Sequence record: SRR31156797_12923
Reading direction: 5' to 3' (one strand)
Length of the DNA stretch: 53,018 nt
In this document: one piece after another, positions 50,330 through 53,018 of the stretch
How the letters are laid out: each line of letters opens with the position of its first letter
Numbering within the stretch: position 1 is the first letter of the stretch
Made by a program: the position numbers and the translations under genes
The notes under the pieces: generated by a model
Databases searched by the model: none
What the model was told of the DNA's origin: nothing
What the model saw: only the letters and a program-made list of their open reading frames with translations

Positions 50330-52648
50330 TTAAAACTTAAATCTCACCACATCACTGCGTAACCTTTCCGTTTCACTCGAAAGACCATTGATCGCTGAAT
50401 CAACGTCGTTCACTCTGTCGGACACAGAACTCGATGCATCAGCGATCGCCGTGATGCTACGGCTAATTTCCTCTGTTACGCTGCTTTGTTCTTCTGTTGC
50501 TGTGGCAATTTGTATCGCCATATCACTCAGTTTTTCAAGCATTGATACGATATTGTCTAAAGAGCCTGAGTTCAGATTACAACTTTCCAATCCTTTTGAG
50601 GCCGTGTTACTCGCCAGCGTAATACAATCTGAAACTTGCTCCGTTTCCTTCTTAAGTAAATCTATTTTTGATCGAATTTCCTCTGTTGAATCATCAGTAC
50701 GTGAAGCCAAAGAGCGAACCTCATCAGCAACTACTGCAAAGCCTCGACCTTGCTCTCCCGCTCGAGCGGCTTCAATAGCCGCGTTTAGCGCCAACAAATT
50801 AGTCTGCTCTGCAATGCCCTGAATAACATCCAACACTTCGGCAATCGAACCGGTCTGGGTATTCAATCTTGCGAGAGCCTCGACGGCTAAATGCATTTGT
50901 TGATCTAATTGTTCGATATCTTGACTTAATTTAACGCCGATTTTCGAGCTTTCATTCCCAGTATCATTGGCATCTTTAACAAAACTGGCGGCTTGATTAG
51001 CATATTGAGCAACCTCTGAGATTGACGCAGTCATTTCACTGACTGCGGTAGAAACGGATTCCGTTCTTTCCACTTGCCCATTTACCACTTGTCTTGATTG
51101 CGCCATGTTATCTGAAATATTCAGTGTAGTGTGATTCAGTTCCGTGCTCGAACGACCAAATCGCTCCATTGTTGCACGTAAATCCGAGAACAGTTCATTC
51201 AATGACTCTGATAGCTCTTTTAGCTCCCCACGAACAGAAACATTAATCTCTTGAGTAAAATCTTTGTTCTTCGCAACAGAATTAATCGTTTCAATCACTC
51301 TTTGAATGGGTTTCGCTATGCTTGCTCCCAAATACACTGCAATCAAAGCGGCAACGACGAGGATGATCACAACCACAATCACGACCGAGGTAACGATGCT
51401 CGTCAACAACTCTGAAACATCAGCCAAAGCTTCTGCCTTATCCATCTCGGTAATGATTGCCCAGTTAAGCCCTGCAAAACTCAGTGGCGCATAATAGGAA
51501 TAAACGTCTATACCTCGATAATCAACAACCGTCTTGCTGCCGGATGAACCGGACAAAGCTTGCTTTGCAGCTTCAGTCGTAATGGGCTGGCGTCCGATAG
51601 CTGATGACTTCGCACCAATCGTTTTAATCATTGAAGGACTGATACCTGCTTTTTCTAACGCTTTTAAATATTCAGGTTTATTATCGATTAAAAAGCGTGA
51701 TTCACTGCGTAACAAAGAGTCTTCACCCACTAAGTAGGATTCGCCCGTTTTTCCTAAACCAGCTATCTTCCAGTCCTGCTCAAAGGTCATAATGTTATTG
51801 ATGCCATCAATCGGCATTTGGAAAATAAGTACCCCTTTAACTTCACCGTTTTTATAAATAGGCGAAGAAATAAAAGATGCCACAGATTCATAGGAAGGGT
51901 AATAAGGAGCAAAATCTGCAAGATAAAAGTTGCCCTGCTGCATTTTAAGGCCATTACGGAAAGCTTCCCCCAGCCCTGACGCCGCATAAGGGCCACTCTC
52001 CAAATTGGTGGCAAAATCCAACTCTTTAAACACGGAATAAACCACATTTCCTGTGGTATCGACTAAGAAAATGTCGTAGTAACCAAATTCTTCTAAAAAG
52101 CCTTTGAAACTTTTATGGTAGTGACGATGAACCTGATCGTATTCAGTGTTTAGGGTATCCGCCATGAGTTGGTGTTTTGAACCAGCAGGATTAGGGTTTG
52201 TCGCAATATATCTAAGCTGAATAGCCTGTTGCAGCGGAGATAGTTGAGATAGCTTACTCGATGGATTAGCCGAATTACCGTTGTTTAAATTACTGTATGT
52301 CGATCCAAACTCGCCTTCGTAAAACTGCTGAAGTTGGTTTGAATTTACGCCCTCAACTTGTTGATACGGGTAATTGTGATAAGCAGAATCAAACTCCGCC
52401 ATCGCATTTTTAACACCGACCATCTCCGTCAATGTTAAGAGCTGACCTTCAATAATCTTGAAATACAGATTAATCTCGTGCTTTTTCGCTTCACCGATAG
52501 ACAAAAGCTGAGAATGGGCTCTTTTTTCTATCGCTTGTTCTGACAACGTTACAGACTTCCATGAAACGACAAAAGCAGTAATAGCAATCGAAATAAAACA
52601 AAGAGTAATGAAGAATACTGTAATTTTTGTTGATATTTTCATAAACAT
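50330..52648 (-). CDS. Methyl-accepting chemotaxis protein with large Cache-type periplasmic domain
   Basis: Two TM segments, [38 protein letters not shown]. Confidence 0.95.
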   Translation of the reverse strand: MFMKISTKITVFFITLCFISIAITAFVVSWKSVTLSEQAIEKRAHSQLLSIGEAKKHEINLYFKIIEGQLLTLTEMVGVKNAMAEFDSAYHNYPYQQVEGVNSNQLQQFYEGEFGSTYSNLNNGNSANPSSKLSQLSPLQQAIQLRYIATNPNPAGSKHQLMADTLNTEYDQVHRHYHKSFKGFLEEFGYYDIFLVDTTGNVVYSVFKELDFATNLESGPYAASGLGEAFRNGLKMQQGNFYLADFAPYYPSYESVASFISSPIYKNGEVKGVLIFQMPIDGINNIMTFEQDWKIAGLGKTGESYLVGEDSLLRSESRFLIDNKPEYLKALEKAGISPSMIKTIGAKSSAIGRQPITTEAAKQALSGSSGSKTVVDYRGIDVYSYYAPLSFAGLNWAIITEMDKAEALADVSELLTSIVTSVVIVVVIILVVAALIAVYLGASIAKPIQRVIETINSVAKNKDFTQEINVSVRGELKELSESLNELFSDLRATMERFGRSSTELNHTTLNISDNMAQSRQVVNGQVERTESVSTAVSEMTASISEVAQYANQAASFVKDANDTGNESSKIGVKLSQDIEQLDQQMHLAVEALARLNTQTGSIAEVLDVIQGIAEQTNLLALNAAIEAARAGEQGRGFAVVADEVRSLASRTDDSTEEIRSKIDLLKKETEQVSDCITLASNTASKGLESCNLNSGSLDNIVSMLEKLSDMAIQIATATEEQSSVTEEISRSITAIADASSSVSDRVNDVDSAINGLSSETERLRSDVVRFKF

Positions 52649-52988
52649 ATCCGCCTGATTTGAAACCAGAAGTTATCTAAACCAATCAACTGACGAATAT
52701 ATTTATTGCGCAACACGCTATTAATTAAACGTAGACCATTTCATAAGGTACGTCATTCACATAGATAAATTTCATGGAATACTAAACATCAACCCTATGA
52801 AAAGATTGACCCACTCTCACAGCTCAATGAGTTGCAAACCGAGGTTAAACCTAGGAAAAATCAATTCAGCAATAGCCCTAAGATAGCCGCAGATTTAGGA
52901 TAAATATTAACGGAAATACTCAACACATAAAATAATGTCATGCTAGGTGAGCGTATAGAGTAGGAGATAAATTTTTGAAAATAAGGAT

Positions 52989-53018
52989 TGGAGCGGGCAG
53001 CGGGAATCGAACCCGCAT
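52989..53018 (-). tRNA. tRNA-Gly (TCC type), 3' part only
   Basis: Reverse complement ATGCGGGTTCGATTCCCGCTGCCCGCTCCA gives T-arm, acceptor strand and CCA, matching gammaproteobacterial glyT. The anticodon is outside the window. Confidence 0.88.

Noticed and set aside
52649-52988. c-di-GMP riboswitch or sRNA upstream of the MCP
   Set aside because: No GEMM hallmarks (GGCAAA...GACGCAAA) were seen; an Rfam scan would be needed to exclude other RNAs.

Overview
A 53-kb accessory catabolic and detoxification region of a gammaproteobacterium, probably Vibrionaceae (inferred from protein style, not proven). It lies directly 3' of a minus-strand tRNA-Gly(TCC) that is cut by the right edge. It holds 43 supportable CDSs and no integrase, IS or CRISPR. 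Modules from left to right: MarR-SDR; DeoR/Gfo; LacI with Gfo, NHS transporter and TIM barrel (3-keto-sugar-type); an MHETase-like tannase-family esterase; a RomA-type MBL; AKR-MFS-AraC/Gfo; LysR/DsbA; rhmRDTA (L-rhamnonate); PTS IIB/IIA-bglA-AscG-like-RhaS-like; porin-esterase; PTS IIC-GH78-AraC; Rrf2/SASA esterase; MBL-carboxylesterase; a Tat hydrolase; LysR/MBL; a beta-glucoside PTS IIBCA-GH1-LysR; a DOPA dioxygenase; an orphan PTS IIBC; and an MCP. The intergenic DNA reveals two hidden regulons. (1) A 27-bp motif occurs 7 times, usually 54-55 nt before a -10 box, upstream of scattered esterase, MBL and reductase genes; the YqhC-like AraC is the likely activator. (2) A 22-bp-period tandem motif lies upstream of the porin-esterase, PTS IIC-rhamnosidase and orphan PTS IIBC units. 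Together these suggest an undescribed system for importing and dismantling acylated rhamno-glucosides or phenolic esters. All substrates are inferences.
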